Both the position numbers and the translations under genes were made by a program. Shown here piece by piece: positions 49,729 through 59,535 of a stretch of 64,000 nucleotides of DNA. Numbering within the stretch: position 1 is the first letter of the stretch; the number at the start of each line of letters is the position of its first letter. The notes under the pieces were generated by a model. That model saw only the letters and a list, made by a program, of their open reading frames with translations. It made no database searches and had not been told where the DNA came from. Location of the stretch: the NCBI GenBank assembly GCA_965203805.1, contig OZ241917.1, positions 2,496,001 to 2,560,000 on the forward strand. The letters are read 5' to 3'. The stretch comes from Candidatus Latescibacterota bacterium (GTDB lineage: Bacteria; Latescibacterota; UBA2968; GCA-2709665).

Positions 49729-51446
49729 GGGCCTGTCTCTCCTTCCCTCACGACGATCTCCCTGTCCGCCGAAATGCTCCTGATCCAATCCACCGCGCCG
49801 CCGGGCCATCGCACCCTGAGCGAATCGACCGTTGGAGCCTGGCCGAGTCCGAAATGGAGACGGAAGTCGTTCTGCGACAGATAGCTTGATCCGCTCCGGA
49901 CCTCGCCGACCTGCGGCCGGCCGCCGGCCCAGACCGTCACCCGCGCGCCGATTCCGTTGCGGTTCGACAAACGCGGAGTGCCGGTTGAACCCACGGAATG
50001 CTCCCGCGCGGCGCCCACCAGCTTCACCCTCAGCCACCGGCTCCCGTTGCCGGCGTCGTTTCTCAGGAGGCGCCCGGCGCCGTTTACCGAAAGCACGAAC
50101 ACGTCCACGTCTCCGTCGTTGTCATAGTCTCCGAACGCGGCGCCGCGGCCCGGCTGAGGTATGGACAGGCCGTCTTCCACGTCGCGCGTCACGTCGACGA
50201 ACCGGCCGTCACCGGTGTTGCGGAACAGGATTGCCGGCTGCTTGTAGACGCTGCCAACCCGGTGGGCGTTGTCGAGCACGTGGCCGTGCACCATCAGGAG
50301 GTCGGGCCAGCCGTCATTGTCGTAGTCCAGAAAGCCGATTCCCCATCCCACGTGGGGGATCGTTGGGGGCCTGATGCCGGATATCGAAGAGATATCCGTA
50401 AATAGCCCGGCGCCTTCGTTGCGGTAGAGCCCGGCGCCCTCCAGCCGGAAATTGGTCACCGCCAGGTCCAGGCGGCCGTCGCGGTTGAAATCGCCGAAAT
50501 CCGCGCCCATGCTGGACTGCAGGTCGCCCGAGCCGCTGTAGCCCAGGCCCGAAAGAAGCCCTCTGTCCACAAAGCGCCCGTCGCCCCGGTTCAGGTAGAG
50601 GAAATTGGGCGTCATATCGTTGGCCACGAAGATATCCGGGGTCCCGTCGCCATCGACGTCGGCGCATGCCATGCCCATCCCCTTGCCGCCGGGATTGAGG
50701 ACACCCGCCCGCTCCGTCACGTCTGTAAACGTCCCGTTTCCGTTGTTGCGATACAGGCGGTCCGCGGCCCCCTTGAAGTTGTCGGGATGGGGGTAAAACC
50801 GCTCGCCGTCGGACGGGCTCGCGGAGCGGGAGGCGTAGGGCCTCAGCCTTCTCTCCGGGGAGTCAATCGCGTAGTCCACGTAGTTGGCCACGTAGAGGTC
50901 CAGCAATCCATCCGAGTCCACGTCCAGAAAGGAGCATCCCACGCTCCAGACGGCGTCCCCGGAGACGCCGGCGGGCGCGGCGACGTCCCTGAACGTGCCG
51001 TCTCCGTGATTCCGGAACAGGCTGTTCGGCCCGTAGCACGTCACGTAGAGGTCGTCGTACCCGTCGTTGTCGAAGTCTCCCGCGCAGACGCCCATGCCGT
51101 AGGCCGTTTCGCCCACGCCGGCGAACCGGGTCACGTCGGAGAAAACGCCCCCGCCGGCGTTCCGGTACAGCCGGTTCCGCGGGGGCGGGCCGGCGTAGCC
51201 GGGCAACGTCCCCCCGTTGACGGCGAATACGTCCAGCCAGCCGTCGTTGTTGTAGTCCAGAAACGCGACCCCCGATCCCATCGTTTCCACGAAGTACTTC
51301 TTGTCGGTCCCCCCGTGGACGTGCCGGAAGTCGATGCCCGACGACGCCGTCACGTCCACGAATCGCGGCGAATCCGCGCGCAACGCTTCGCTCCATAGGA
51401 TCATGAGCAGCAGGAATCCGCATACGACGCGAGCTGATTGGACCAT
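49725..51446 (-). CDS. CRTAC1-family protein (FG-GAP repeats plus ASPIC/UnbV)
   Basis: ETMGSGVAFLDYNNDGWLD, repeated DxDxDG, SYLSQNDFRLHFGLG, VRWPGG. Confidence 0.9.
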   Translation of the reverse strand: MVQSARVVCGFLLLMILWSEALRADSPRFVDVTASSGIDFRHVHGGTDKKYFVETMGSGVAFLDYNNDGWLDVFAVNGGTLPGYAGPPPRNRLYRNAGGGVFSDVTRFAGVGETAYGMGVCAGDFDNDGYDDLYVTCYGPNSLFRNHGDGTFRDVAAPAGVSGDAVWSVGCSFLDVDSDGLLDLYVANYVDYAIDSPERRLRPYASRSASPSDGERFYPHPDNFKGAADRLYRNNGNGTFTDVTERAGVLNPGGKGMGMACADVDGDGTPDIFVANDMTPNFLYLNRGDGRFVDRGLLSGLGYSGSGDLQSSMGADFGDFNRDGRLDLAVTNFRLEGAGLYRNEGAGLFTDISSISGIRPPTIPHVGWGIGFLDYDNDGWPDLLMVHGHVLDNAHRVGSVYKQPAILFRNTGDGRFVDVTRDVEDGLSIPQPGRGAAFGDYDNDGDVDVFVLSVNGAGRLLRNDAGNGSRWLRVKLVGAAREHSVGSTGTPRLSNRNGIGARVTVWAGGRPQVGEVRSGSSYLSQNDFRLHFGLGQAPTVDSLRVRWPGGAVDWIRSISADREIVVREGETGP

Positions 51447-51521
51447 ACAAAGGTATTTTTATTGTATGCTGTGAGGGGTAACAAGACGGCTGGTGGAGAC
51501 GTCTGCGCCGTCGTTGCTACC

Positions 51522-51549
51522 GTAGGGGCGACCGGCCGGTCGCCCCTAC
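51522..51549. repeat. GTAG-type REP palindrome
   Basis: GTAGGGGCGACCGGCCGGTCGCCCCTAC perfect palindrome. Related hairpins at ~58388-58412 and 60810-60838 (minus strand). Confidence 0.7.
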
Positions 51550-51639
51550 AAAAACCGGGCATCCGGGAACTGATATCACAAGTGCAAAACGACATTCGGC
51601 GGACGCGGTGTGACCGTCTACCGTCTGTCCGCCTTCGAG

Positions 51640-51870
51640 ACCTACCCCCTTTCCCCCTTCCTGAAGGAAGGGGGGAACTGTCATCGCTTGATGGACTTCC
51701 TGGTTTTCTCCCCCTTTCCTTTAGGAGAGGGTCCCTGCCTGCCGGTGGTTTCTCGGCAGGCAGGGGGGAGAGGTCTGCGCCCATTCCGGTCCTGCTACTT
51801 CACGGCGCTGACGTCGATGGGTTGATTTTGACTCAAGCTGATTGCCGACTGCTGACCGCTGACCGCTCTT
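51640..51870. repeat. REP-like hairpin cluster with mini-element insert (homologous to 22060-22350)
   Basis: CCCCTTCC/GGAAGGGG and GGAGAGG hairpins; CCTGCCTGCC...CAGGCAGG insert at 51734-51764; GCTGA heptads. Confidence 0.75.
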
Positions 51871-51876
51871 CCCCCC

Positions 51877-53007
51877 TCACCGATAATTCAGCAGGGTATG
51901 GACCGCCCGTTTGAACACGTGGATCGCGCGTCTGGCGGAACCGTGCGGACCCGCCGTGGCGACGTTTGTCTCGTAGAATACACTTGGAATGCCCAGCCTT
52001 CGGGCCATCTGATAGCACATCGTATTCTCGCGATGCACGTTGGCTCTGCCGTGCGTGGACATCCCGTGGGTCTCCAGGCGCATCGTATCGCAGAGGGCCT
52101 GGTACAGCCGGGCGCGATCGGGATTCTCAAAGACCGGATCGACCACCTCGTACCATCCGTCGTAAGGGTATTCGCCGTTCTCCCGCCAGCCCACGAAGGC
52201 ATGGATATTCATCCACAGCGCCGGCCGGTCCGAGAGAAGCTTGTCCCACAGCAGGCGGCTCTCGCGGGCTTCGGGCGCGGCCGCTTCCGGGTCCTCTCCG
52301 AAAGCCCGGTACATGTCCAGTCCCTCGGCGTTGAACGCGTTTTTGCCCATAACGTTTCCGTCGGGATTGACCACGGGCAGGACGTCCACCTGCAACTGCT
52401 CCCTCAGGGAAACAGCATCCGGCACGAGGGACGTGATGAAATCCGCAATGCCCAGCATTCCCCACGTCCCCGAGAATTCGACCGCGTGCTGGCCGGCGAC
52501 GCACAGAATCCGTGGCTTGCCGGGCGTGCCGGCCCGGATTCCGGTGATGTCCCGCCCCTGCACCGATTTGCCAATGGTAAATGCCTCGCAGCGGTCCCCG
52601 CGTTCCTCCGCCAGCTTTCGGATCGTATCCCGGGTATCGCTGTAGGGCGCGGACCACGCGTTCGTGACTCGAATCGTCTCGTCCGCCTTCAGATTCAGGC
52701 GGATCAGCAGGGGTTCCTCCGTATTCCGGACGCGGTCGCGGTCGAGCGGCTTGAATCGGCCCTCGCCCGGGGACCCGACCCACACCGTGGTCGGCAGACC
52801 GGCCACGAATCCCTCAGGTCCGAATCGCGAGTCCGGCCACACTTCAACGGTCACGACCGATACCGGGCCGTCGTTCCGGACGTCAAAGCAGAAGTAGTAA
52901 CAGTAGGTCGCCTTGTCTCCGCCGACCTCCAGCCGAAACCGGTCGATTGCGATCTGCCGGATCTGCTTCGCGTTACCGCATTCGAAATCAGCCGCGATTG
53001 ATATCAT
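51877..53007 (-). CDS. M14 family zinc carboxypeptidase
   Basis: ADFECGN N-domain, IGKSVQGRDI, GQHAVE (HxxE), VNPDG, NIH. Confidence 0.85.
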   Translation of the reverse strand: MISIAADFECGNAKQIRQIAIDRFRLEVGGDKATYCYYFCFDVRNDGPVSVVTVEVWPDSRFGPEGFVAGLPTTVWVGSPGEGRFKPLDRDRVRNTEEPLLIRLNLKADETIRVTNAWSAPYSDTRDTIRKLAEERGDRCEAFTIGKSVQGRDITGIRAGTPGKPRILCVAGQHAVEFSGTWGMLGIADFITSLVPDAVSLREQLQVDVLPVVNPDGNVMGKNAFNAEGLDMYRAFGEDPEAAAPEARESRLLWDKLLSDRPALWMNIHAFVGWRENGEYPYDGWYEVVDPVFENPDRARLYQALCDTMRLETHGMSTHGRANVHRENTMCYQMARRLGIPSVFYETNVATAGPHGSARRAIHVFKRAVHTLLNYR

Positions 53008-53061
53008 CCCGATTCCCCCGCGGAGGCGCATAAACGCCATGCCCGCGCGTCATCCATGTAA

Positions 53062-54189
53062 TCAGTAATATCCGGTTCCCACCGGCGGCCGGGCGTACGC
53101 CACCTCGATGCGGCTGGGAACTCCAGTTCGTTTCATCGAATTCACGCCCCTGCATGCCAGCGACTGAACCCCCTCCCGCATCGGCCAGTCGAAACGCTCG
53201 CCGCACGGCTTCCAGGCGCCGTCGTCGAAGCGGATTTCGTAGTGGTCGAAGAACGGCATACAGTGCGAGAGCGTAACCGCCAGCCTGGCGCCGTCCTCGT
53301 CCCAGGAAGGCTGCGTGGAGATGCGCACGAGATTCACCGTCCAGTACACATCCGGGAGATTGGAGGTCCATTGAATGCGGCCGAGCGGTCTGAAATTGCT
53401 CACGAACGTGGGCAGGCATTTGCGGTCCACCCATTCCCAGGTCTGGCGATCCGTCAGTACCCGGACCCGGGCGTAGTAATCCATCACCCGGTTTCGCAGA
53501 AACCTCGCGAACAAATGGCGGTTGACCTCCTCGTCATAGTCTTTCCGGCAGGTGGGGTCCCGGAGCGCGAGACGGACGTGCCTGGCGTCGGGAAAGACGA
53601 ATTCCGGCTGATCCTGCACCATTTCAACCTCATCCGCGGCCCCGTCCAGCCACGCCTCCCGGATCTCCAGCGCGTTCAGCGGCGACCCGTCCCGCTCGTA
53701 GTGGACGTTGATGTCCGGGTCCATCATCACCCACTTCCGGTATTCGTTGGACCAGACCTCCGCTACCGCGTGCCCCACGTTCCACATCGTATAGTCGCGC
53801 GGCGCCTCGCAATCCTCGATGGAGACCGCCGCTCGTCGCGCGGGCCAGCCCAGCGCGGTCGCGGAATCCACGAAGACCCGGGCGTAGGAACCGCAGAAGA
53901 AGCGTTCCCCCCTGCTCACGGCCTCCAGAATCCCGAGTCCATCGTCGACTTCAGGGCGGTTGTACCAGAGCCCGTGGTCCCACTGTTCGCGGACCCATCG
54001 CTTCAATGCCAGGAATCCCTCGAATTCCGTCTCGCAGCCCGCTACGACCTCTTCCAGGCCGTATTCGTCCCTGAGGCGCGTAATTCTGGGAGCATGCGGA
54101 TCACCGTAATCGTGGCAGGTATGATCCCCGCTGAAGTCCGGGACGTCATAGGAGACGACGCGGAACTCTCCAGGACACCTCTGGCTCAT
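53062..54189 (-). CDS. Transglutaminase-like domain protein
   Basis: Cys-His-Asp triad: FFCGSYA, GHAVAEVWS, KWVMMDP. Confidence 0.8.
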   Translation of the reverse strand: MSQRCPGEFRVVSYDVPDFSGDHTCHDYGDPHAPRITRLRDEYGLEEVVAGCETEFEGFLALKRWVREQWDHGLWYNRPEVDDGLGILEAVSRGERFFCGSYARVFVDSATALGWPARRAAVSIEDCEAPRDYTMWNVGHAVAEVWSNEYRKWVMMDPDINVHYERDGSPLNALEIREAWLDGAADEVEMVQDQPEFVFPDARHVRLALRDPTCRKDYDEEVNRHLFARFLRNRVMDYYARVRVLTDRQTWEWVDRKCLPTFVSNFRPLGRIQWTSNLPDVYWTVNLVRISTQPSWDEDGARLAVTLSHCMPFFDHYEIRFDDGAWKPCGERFDWPMREGVQSLACRGVNSMKRTGVPSRIEVAYARPPVGTGYY

Positions 54190-54205
54190 GAGATTCTCCC
54201 GCGAG

Positions 54206-55120
54206 TCACCCCGTTCGCACCGGCTTCCCGAGCGCCTCGGCCATCGCACGGACGTGGGATGGGCCGGCGCCGCAACAGCAACCCACGAAGTTGATCCCTT
54301 CCGCCCTGGCCCTCAGCGCGAACGCCGCCATATCGTCGGGGGGGACGCCATTGCTATGCCGGCGGACGGCATAGCCCACGTTTTCCGTATCGGCCGTTTG
54401 TCTGAATGCTTTCGGCTGGCAGGCGATCGGTACATCCACCGCTTCCCGCATCTCGAGCGCCGTCGGCAGCATCTGTTCCGGGTCCCCGATACAGACGGTC
54501 CCCACGATGTCCGCGCCGTCGTCCACGAGGGCGCGGGCACACTCCGCCGCGGTGGCGCCGTCCTTTGTCGCCTTTTTGCTGCCGAGGCCCACGAGCGCCA
54601 TCGTCGGCAGGCCGGTTTTCTTACAGCTTTCCACGCACAGCCGCATCTCGTCCAGACGGGAGAACGTCTCCGGGATCAGGAAGTCGGCGCCGGCGTCGAC
54701 GAGAATTGCGATCTGTTCTTCCCATTCGGCCTGCGCGCGTGCGCCCGACGAAGGATCCTCCGGATCGTAAACCTGTTCTCCCAGACGGGAACCGGTCCTC
54801 GTGGATACGAGACAGCCGCCTACCGGCGTCTCCCAGTCCGATCCCTCCTTGGCCGCCCGAATCCCGGTCCTGTTGATCTCGTCCACGCGGTCTCCCCATC
54901 CGTATTTCTCCTCCAGCTGAGCACTCGAGGTAAACCACGTCAGCGCCTGGAGCACCTCGGCACCCGAATTGTAGAAGTCCCGGTGGATCTGCTGAAGCAC
55001 ATCCGGGTGGGAGCCGATGATGCCGGGCACATCGTAACCTCTCCAGTTCGCCTCCAGGTACATCCCACCGTCACCCAGGACGATCCCCTCGTTCAACATC
55101 TCCATCAGATTCCGCGCCAT
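54206..55120 (-). CDS. Homocysteine S-methyltransferase (BHMT-like) family protein
   Basis: VLGDGG, HRDFYNSG, PETF, VGTVC, FVGCCCG. Confidence 0.9.
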   Translation of the reverse strand: MARNLMEMLNEGIVLGDGGMYLEANWRGYDVPGIIGSHPDVLQQIHRDFYNSGAEVLQALTWFTSSAQLEEKYGWGDRVDEINRTGIRAAKEGSDWETPVGGCLVSTRTGSRLGEQVYDPEDPSSGARAQAEWEEQIAILVDAGADFLIPETFSRLDEMRLCVESCKKTGLPTMALVGLGSKKATKDGATAAECARALVDDGADIVGTVCIGDPEQMLPTALEMREAVDVPIACQPKAFRQTADTENVGYAVRRHSNGVPPDDMAAFALRARAEGINFVGCCCGAGPSHVRAMAEALGKPVRTG

Positions 55121-55151
55121 AGGGCAAACCTCCTTGTCTAAGGTCGCACCG

Positions 55152-56087
55152 CTACCGTAACTGATAAGGACCCTGCCTGTCCGGCATTGCCGTCGGTTTC
55201 CCGATCGCCTCGGCCATCGCCCGGATATGGTAAGGCAGGGCCCCGCAGCAGGCGCCGATGAAACCGACGCCCATATCCCACGCGTCCCGTGCGTAGTCGG
55301 CCATCTCGCGCCGGGGCTGGTGGCGGAGCTCGAAGTGGACGCTGGAGCCCGAGGCGATCTCCCGGGTGTACTCCGCGCCGTTTTCCAGCACGTACGCCAG
55401 GGGTTGGGCGCAGATGGGCACGGACACGGCGCCCATCATCTTTCGAACGATATCCCGGTACATGTACCACGGCCGCCCGCAATTCACGCCCACCACGTCG
55501 GCGCCATGGTCCACGAGCCGTTTTGCGGCCTCGTCCGGCAGGTACCGGTCCGACGTATACTCCCCCGATTTGTACTCCAGCGTCACCACAACGGGCACCC
55601 CGGCGCTCTTGATGTACGGCATGCCCAGCGACGCTTCTTCCACGGAATAAAACGTCTCCACGATGAACAGGTCGACGCCCGCGTCGGTCTGCTGGCCCAC
55701 CCGCCGTTCGAAGAACGCCTGCGCCTCGCGCCTTTCGTTCGCGGTAATGGGCGACCGCCGCTGGTACGGTCCGACGCCGGCGGGGCTTAGTGTACCCGCC
55801 ACGAGACGATCCGGTCCGGCGGCCTCTCTTGCAAGCTCGACGGCGGTGCGGTGCAGTTCTTCATCCCGGTCCATCCGGCCCACGCCCCAGGTCATGGCCT
55901 GCAGCACCTCGGCGCCCGCCAGCGCGAACTCCCTGTGCAATTGGAGCAGACCCTCCGGGTGGTCCAGTACGGCCCAGGGCACCCCTTTTTCGAAATTGCC
56001 CAGGCATCTCCGTTCGAGCTCCAGATAGTAGCCGCCGTCGCCAAGTACCGGCCCGTCCTTCAGACGATCCAGAAAACCCGATGCCAT
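55152..56087 (-). CDS. Homocysteine S-methyltransferase (BHMT-like) family protein
   Basis: VLGDGGY..ELERR, HREFALAG, VETF, VGVNC, FIGACCG. Confidence 0.9.
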   Translation of the reverse strand: MASGFLDRLKDGPVLGDGGYYLELERRCLGNFEKGVPWAVLDHPEGLLQLHREFALAGAEVLQAMTWGVGRMDRDEELHRTAVELAREAAGPDRLVAGTLSPAGVGPYQRRSPITANERREAQAFFERRVGQQTDAGVDLFIVETFYSVEEASLGMPYIKSAGVPVVVTLEYKSGEYTSDRYLPDEAAKRLVDHGADVVGVNCGRPWYMYRDIVRKMMGAVSVPICAQPLAYVLENGAEYTREIASGSSVHFELRHQPRREMADYARDAWDMGVGFIGACCGALPYHIRAMAEAIGKPTAMPDRQGPYQLR

Positions 56088-56474
56088 GATAACGCCTCCT
56101 GCAGGGTCACGGGAGTATGAGACAACGATAACATGCTCTCCGCAATAGACCCCACGCCTTTTGTGCTTTTTGTGGCCAATGTCTCTTCAACCTGATTAAC
56201 GCGTAAAGGCAGTTGCCACAAAAGGCCTGCCTGCAGCGCAGGGCACTGCGCAGGCAGGCACAAAAACACAAAAGAAAAACTCAACCCCGGAACTGCTAAA
56301 TGGACACGCACGACGCCAGTATTCGGTCTGAGTGGCGTCGGTCCTGCAAGTGCCGTTTATTACCAGGAGTTGACATTGTGTTGGCTCCGCTTTTCGGGAG
56401 AATGTGGCAAACTATGACGTGCTCCCGTGACACGTTCTTCACCTTCTGTGCCTTTTGTGCTTTTTGTGGCCAAT

Positions 56475-57716
56475 TCAACGGTCTTCTTTTTTCGAGTTGA
56501 GGTCAATAGGAAAATCGCCGGCTTTTCGCGTTTCCGACGGCCTGAAATCCGGGACCTCCAGGCACGCGTTCCCCTGTTCCACGGACTGAACGGCCACAAT
56601 CGCCGGCGCCGTCAGTTCCGCCGACCGGTAGACGTTCAGCGGCGGGTCCGAGTCGTTCAGAATGGCGTCCAGGAAAGAAGAAAGCGCAAAGTAGTCCATA
56701 TTCCCGTGCCCGCTGCCCCTGGCCGCCTCGGGAAGGTCGTCCGGGGAGAACTCCCACGCCGCTTCCCGCATGGATTCCTCTCCGGAACGCTCCAGCCAGA
56801 TCTTCGGTGTGTCCACTCCCCGGGGACCGCCGTATATCTCCGCGGACCGGGCGGTCTCCACCTTTCCCTTCGTCCCTTCCAGGTGCCACCAGTGATGGTC
56901 CCGGGGCGTCGCGTACGTAAACCCGACCGCCATCCGGATGATCGTATCCTTTTCGGTGTGCATCAACGCCACCTCGATATCCGAGGCGGGAATCCCTTCA
57001 TAATAGTAGCTTTCAGGCCGCGTCCCCATGCACGTGACCCGCGTCACCCGGTCATCCAGAACCGTCAGGATGGGGCCCAGGTCGGTGGCCATGTACAGAA
57101 TCGGGTGCGGAAACCAGTTCCACATTCTGCTCTTCGCGGCCCTCGGATGATCCTCGGCGGCATCCAGATCGATCCGTTCGCCCGTTTCGGAATCGACCCA
57201 GAACCGGTCCGGCGTCATCCCGTGAAGATACTGCCCCTGGGCGAAGATGACATGGCCGAGTTCGCCCTCCCGGACCAGGCGGCGCCATGCCTTCACAAAC
57301 GGGTGGTACATCACCTGTTCCGCCATCTGAAACTTCAGGCCGCTGCGCTCCACCGCCACCACGACCCGCCATAGGTCGTCCATGTCGTACGTCAGCGACA
57401 CCTCGCACGCCGCGTGCTTCCCCGCTTCCATGGCCCGGCAGATCAGGTCCGGCTGATCGTGCGGCGCGGTCACGATCGCCACCGCGTCGATATCCGCCTT
57501 CGCCAGCATCTCCTCATAGTCGGTAAAGCACGCGATATCGGGATCGCCGGCCTCGCGGTACGCCTGCGCCACAAGCGCATCGACCCGGTCGCACAATGCC
57601 GTCACGCGGCACGTCTCGATCCGCAGCAGGTTCTTCATCCACGACAGCCTCCCCCGCGGGCCCAGACCTACGATTCCGATTCGAACCGGTTTCTTTTTGG
57701 GCATCAGATGCCTCAT
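56475..57716 (-). CDS. Gfo/Idh/MocA oxidoreductase, GH109-like branch, copy 3
   Basis: RIGIVGLGPRG, GKHAACEV, GQYLH, GSGHGNMDY; shares ALMxTEKDTxIRM and DHHWW with copies 1 and 2. Confidence 0.85.
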   Translation of the reverse strand: MRHLMPKKKPVRIGIVGLGPRGRLSWMKNLLRIETCRVTALCDRVDALVAQAYREAGDPDIACFTDYEEMLAKADIDAVAIVTAPHDQPDLICRAMEAGKHAACEVSLTYDMDDLWRVVVAVERSGLKFQMAEQVMYHPFVKAWRRLVREGELGHVIFAQGQYLHGMTPDRFWVDSETGERIDLDAAEDHPRAAKSRMWNWFPHPILYMATDLGPILTVLDDRVTRVTCMGTRPESYYYEGIPASDIEVALMHTEKDTIIRMAVGFTYATPRDHHWWHLEGTKGKVETARSAEIYGGPRGVDTPKIWLERSGEESMREAAWEFSPDDLPEAARGSGHGNMDYFALSSFLDAILNDSDPPLNVYRSAELTAPAIVAVQSVEQGNACLEVPDFRPSETRKAGDFPIDLNSKKEDR

Positions 57717-57944
57717 TTCCGTTTCATTGACCTTCTGGCTGACCTTTCCCGCCCTGCCGTCTCACGTCTTCCCGCCGTTCGAAGAACGACGCTGCTCAGA
57801 TACCGCAACCGGAACGGAAGGACAGGCTGGTCCCCCTACGTTTTGTCCGTAGTATACTGACAGGTTGCCTGCCTGCGAACAAACTTCCTTTGGAACTAAC
57901 CTCTGGTAGAACAAGAGCTTAATCTCGCCCACAAACTCTTATTT

Positions 57945-58170
57945 TCTCTTCGTCCTTTTTCTTGTACGCCCAAGAAAAAGGACCAAAAAGAACGGCGCCT
58001 GCCTGCCGAGCAGGCTTCGGCGCAGGCAGGCCGCTCGGCGCGGGGCCGGTTTTTCCGTGAACCTGCTCAGTGGCGGAAATGGCAATTGGTTGCCCTGTCA
58101 CCGGACCAGTCCGTATCGAACGAAGTTGCTGGACGGAATAGCACGGAAAAACCCCCCACACCTCAACCGG
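57945..58170. repeat. Structured repeat element, copy B
   Basis: Homologous to 21625-21915 but lacks two of the nested inserts. Confidence 0.85.
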
Positions 58171-58261
58171 GCGGCAAGTTGATACACCGGTAAGGACAAT
58201 CGCACGGATTCACGGTTCTGCCGCTGATCACTGTCTCTGACGTCCCCTGGGAGCGAGGGCA

Positions 58262-58357
58262 CCTGCCTGCGCAGTGCCCTGCCTGCCTGTGCGTGTACGC
58301 CTGCCTGCGCAGTGCCCTGCGCTGCAGGCAGGCACGCAGACAGGCGCTGCAGGCAGG
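58262..58357. mobile_element. Triple-nested CCTGCCTG...CAGG mini-elements
   Basis: Outer 33-mer (58262-58281 + 58345-58357) contains a 30-mer (58282-58299 + 58333-58344), which contains an intact 33-mer (58300-58332). Confidence 0.7.
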
Positions 58358-58547
58358 TCCTGCCCTCGACGCGCCGTCGCTGCATTCGTAGGGGCGACTT
58401 TCAAAGTCGCCCGGATTACGGCGCTGACGTCAATGGTTCGGTCCTGGTTCAAGCTGATGGCTGACCGCTGATAGCTGCCTTTTGCTGCTCTTCAAAGAGA
58501 AACGGCAGCCGGATATCAGGCTGCCATTTATTGATCGGAAAATGCGG

Positions 58548-59153
58548 TCAGCGAGTGCCATGGGGATCCTCCGAAACCAGGTAGTCATCGTGCCTGGAGG
58601 AGACATCCGGCTCAGGACCCTTACTTGCGCCAACGAACTGCATCAGCTTGCGCCTCTCTCTGACCTTTCGCGGATTAATACCTATGGATACGAGACGCCT
58701 GCTACTGTCGAGATCGAGATATACGCCTCGAATCACCGAAACGCGTTCGTGAACTTCGGCGTTGCTCTCAGTGACCTGTACGGTGGACTTCGACTTGTAC
58801 GATCCGGGGGACTTGCCGAGAATCATCCTGATCAGGCTCTTTAGTCTTTCGTAATCTGCTTCTTCAGGCAGGTTATCGTCCAAGATCAGGGCGGCACAAT
58901 GTTGTAGGCCCCTGGCTGCTTCGTCAGTTGTGACCAAACCCCTATTTAGCTTTTCGAACACTTCCGCCAGCCCTGCACGGTGGAAGGCGATTTCCTGTTC
59001 CGTAAGTCCGAAGAGCGACCTTCCCCTGCCACCTCCAGGAGGTTGCTCCGGAAGAAGGTCTACTGCCCCCGGCAAAAATTCACGAAAGCCCTTCGGGTCT
59101 TCCCTGTACCGAGCCTGGAGGAGTTCGATAAGGCGTCTTTCCTGTATCTTCAT
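58548..59153 (-). CDS. Hypothetical protein with antitoxin-like C-terminus
   Basis: MKIQERRLIELL start; ends FVGASKGPEPDVSSRHDDYL, a tail typical of antitoxins encoded before PIN toxins. Confidence 0.55.
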   Translation of the reverse strand: MKIQERRLIELLQARYREDPKGFREFLPGAVDLLPEQPPGGGRGRSLFGLTEQEIAFHRAGLAEVFEKLNRGLVTTDEAARGLQHCAALILDDNLPEEADYERLKSLIRMILGKSPGSYKSKSTVQVTESNAEVHERVSVIRGVYLDLDSSRRLVSIGINPRKVRERRKLMQFVGASKGPEPDVSSRHDDYLVSEDPHGTR

Positions 59154-59166
59154 TGGTCCCACCCAG

Positions 59167-59535
59167 TTACGATCGTGGACCGACCAACCAGACTGTTTCT
59201 TCCAATAGGACAATGGCGAAACGGCCTCCGCCTTCGCACAGCGTCTGCCATTCCTCAGCAGTGTAGACAAGTAGATCGGTGGGTACGACCAGGGTGTGTG
59301 TCGGCCAGGACCGCGCACGCTCGAAAAATGGAGCGGGACTGTTCTCCACCACCGCCACCAGGTCGAGATCACTGCCGAAACTCGCGTCCCCTCGAGCATA
59401 GGATCCGAAATATCCCAATGCCAACAGGTCCCCGCGCTCTTCAGACTGATCCGTGCACCAGCGGCGAAGCCCTTCAATTACAGTTTCACTCCCCGGCCAA
59501 CGCTTGACGGACGAAGTTGAGGATGTCACCGGCAT
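59167..59535 (-). CDS. Minimal nucleotidyltransferase (MNT) antitoxin
   Basis: FGSYARGD...SDLDL and DLLVYT motifs. Confidence 0.88.
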   Translation of the reverse strand: MPVTSSTSSVKRWPGSETVIEGLRRWCTDQSEERGDLLALGYFGSYARGDASFGSDLDLVAVVENSPAPFFERARSWPTHTLVVPTDLLVYTAEEWQTLCEGGGRFAIVLLEETVWLVGPRS

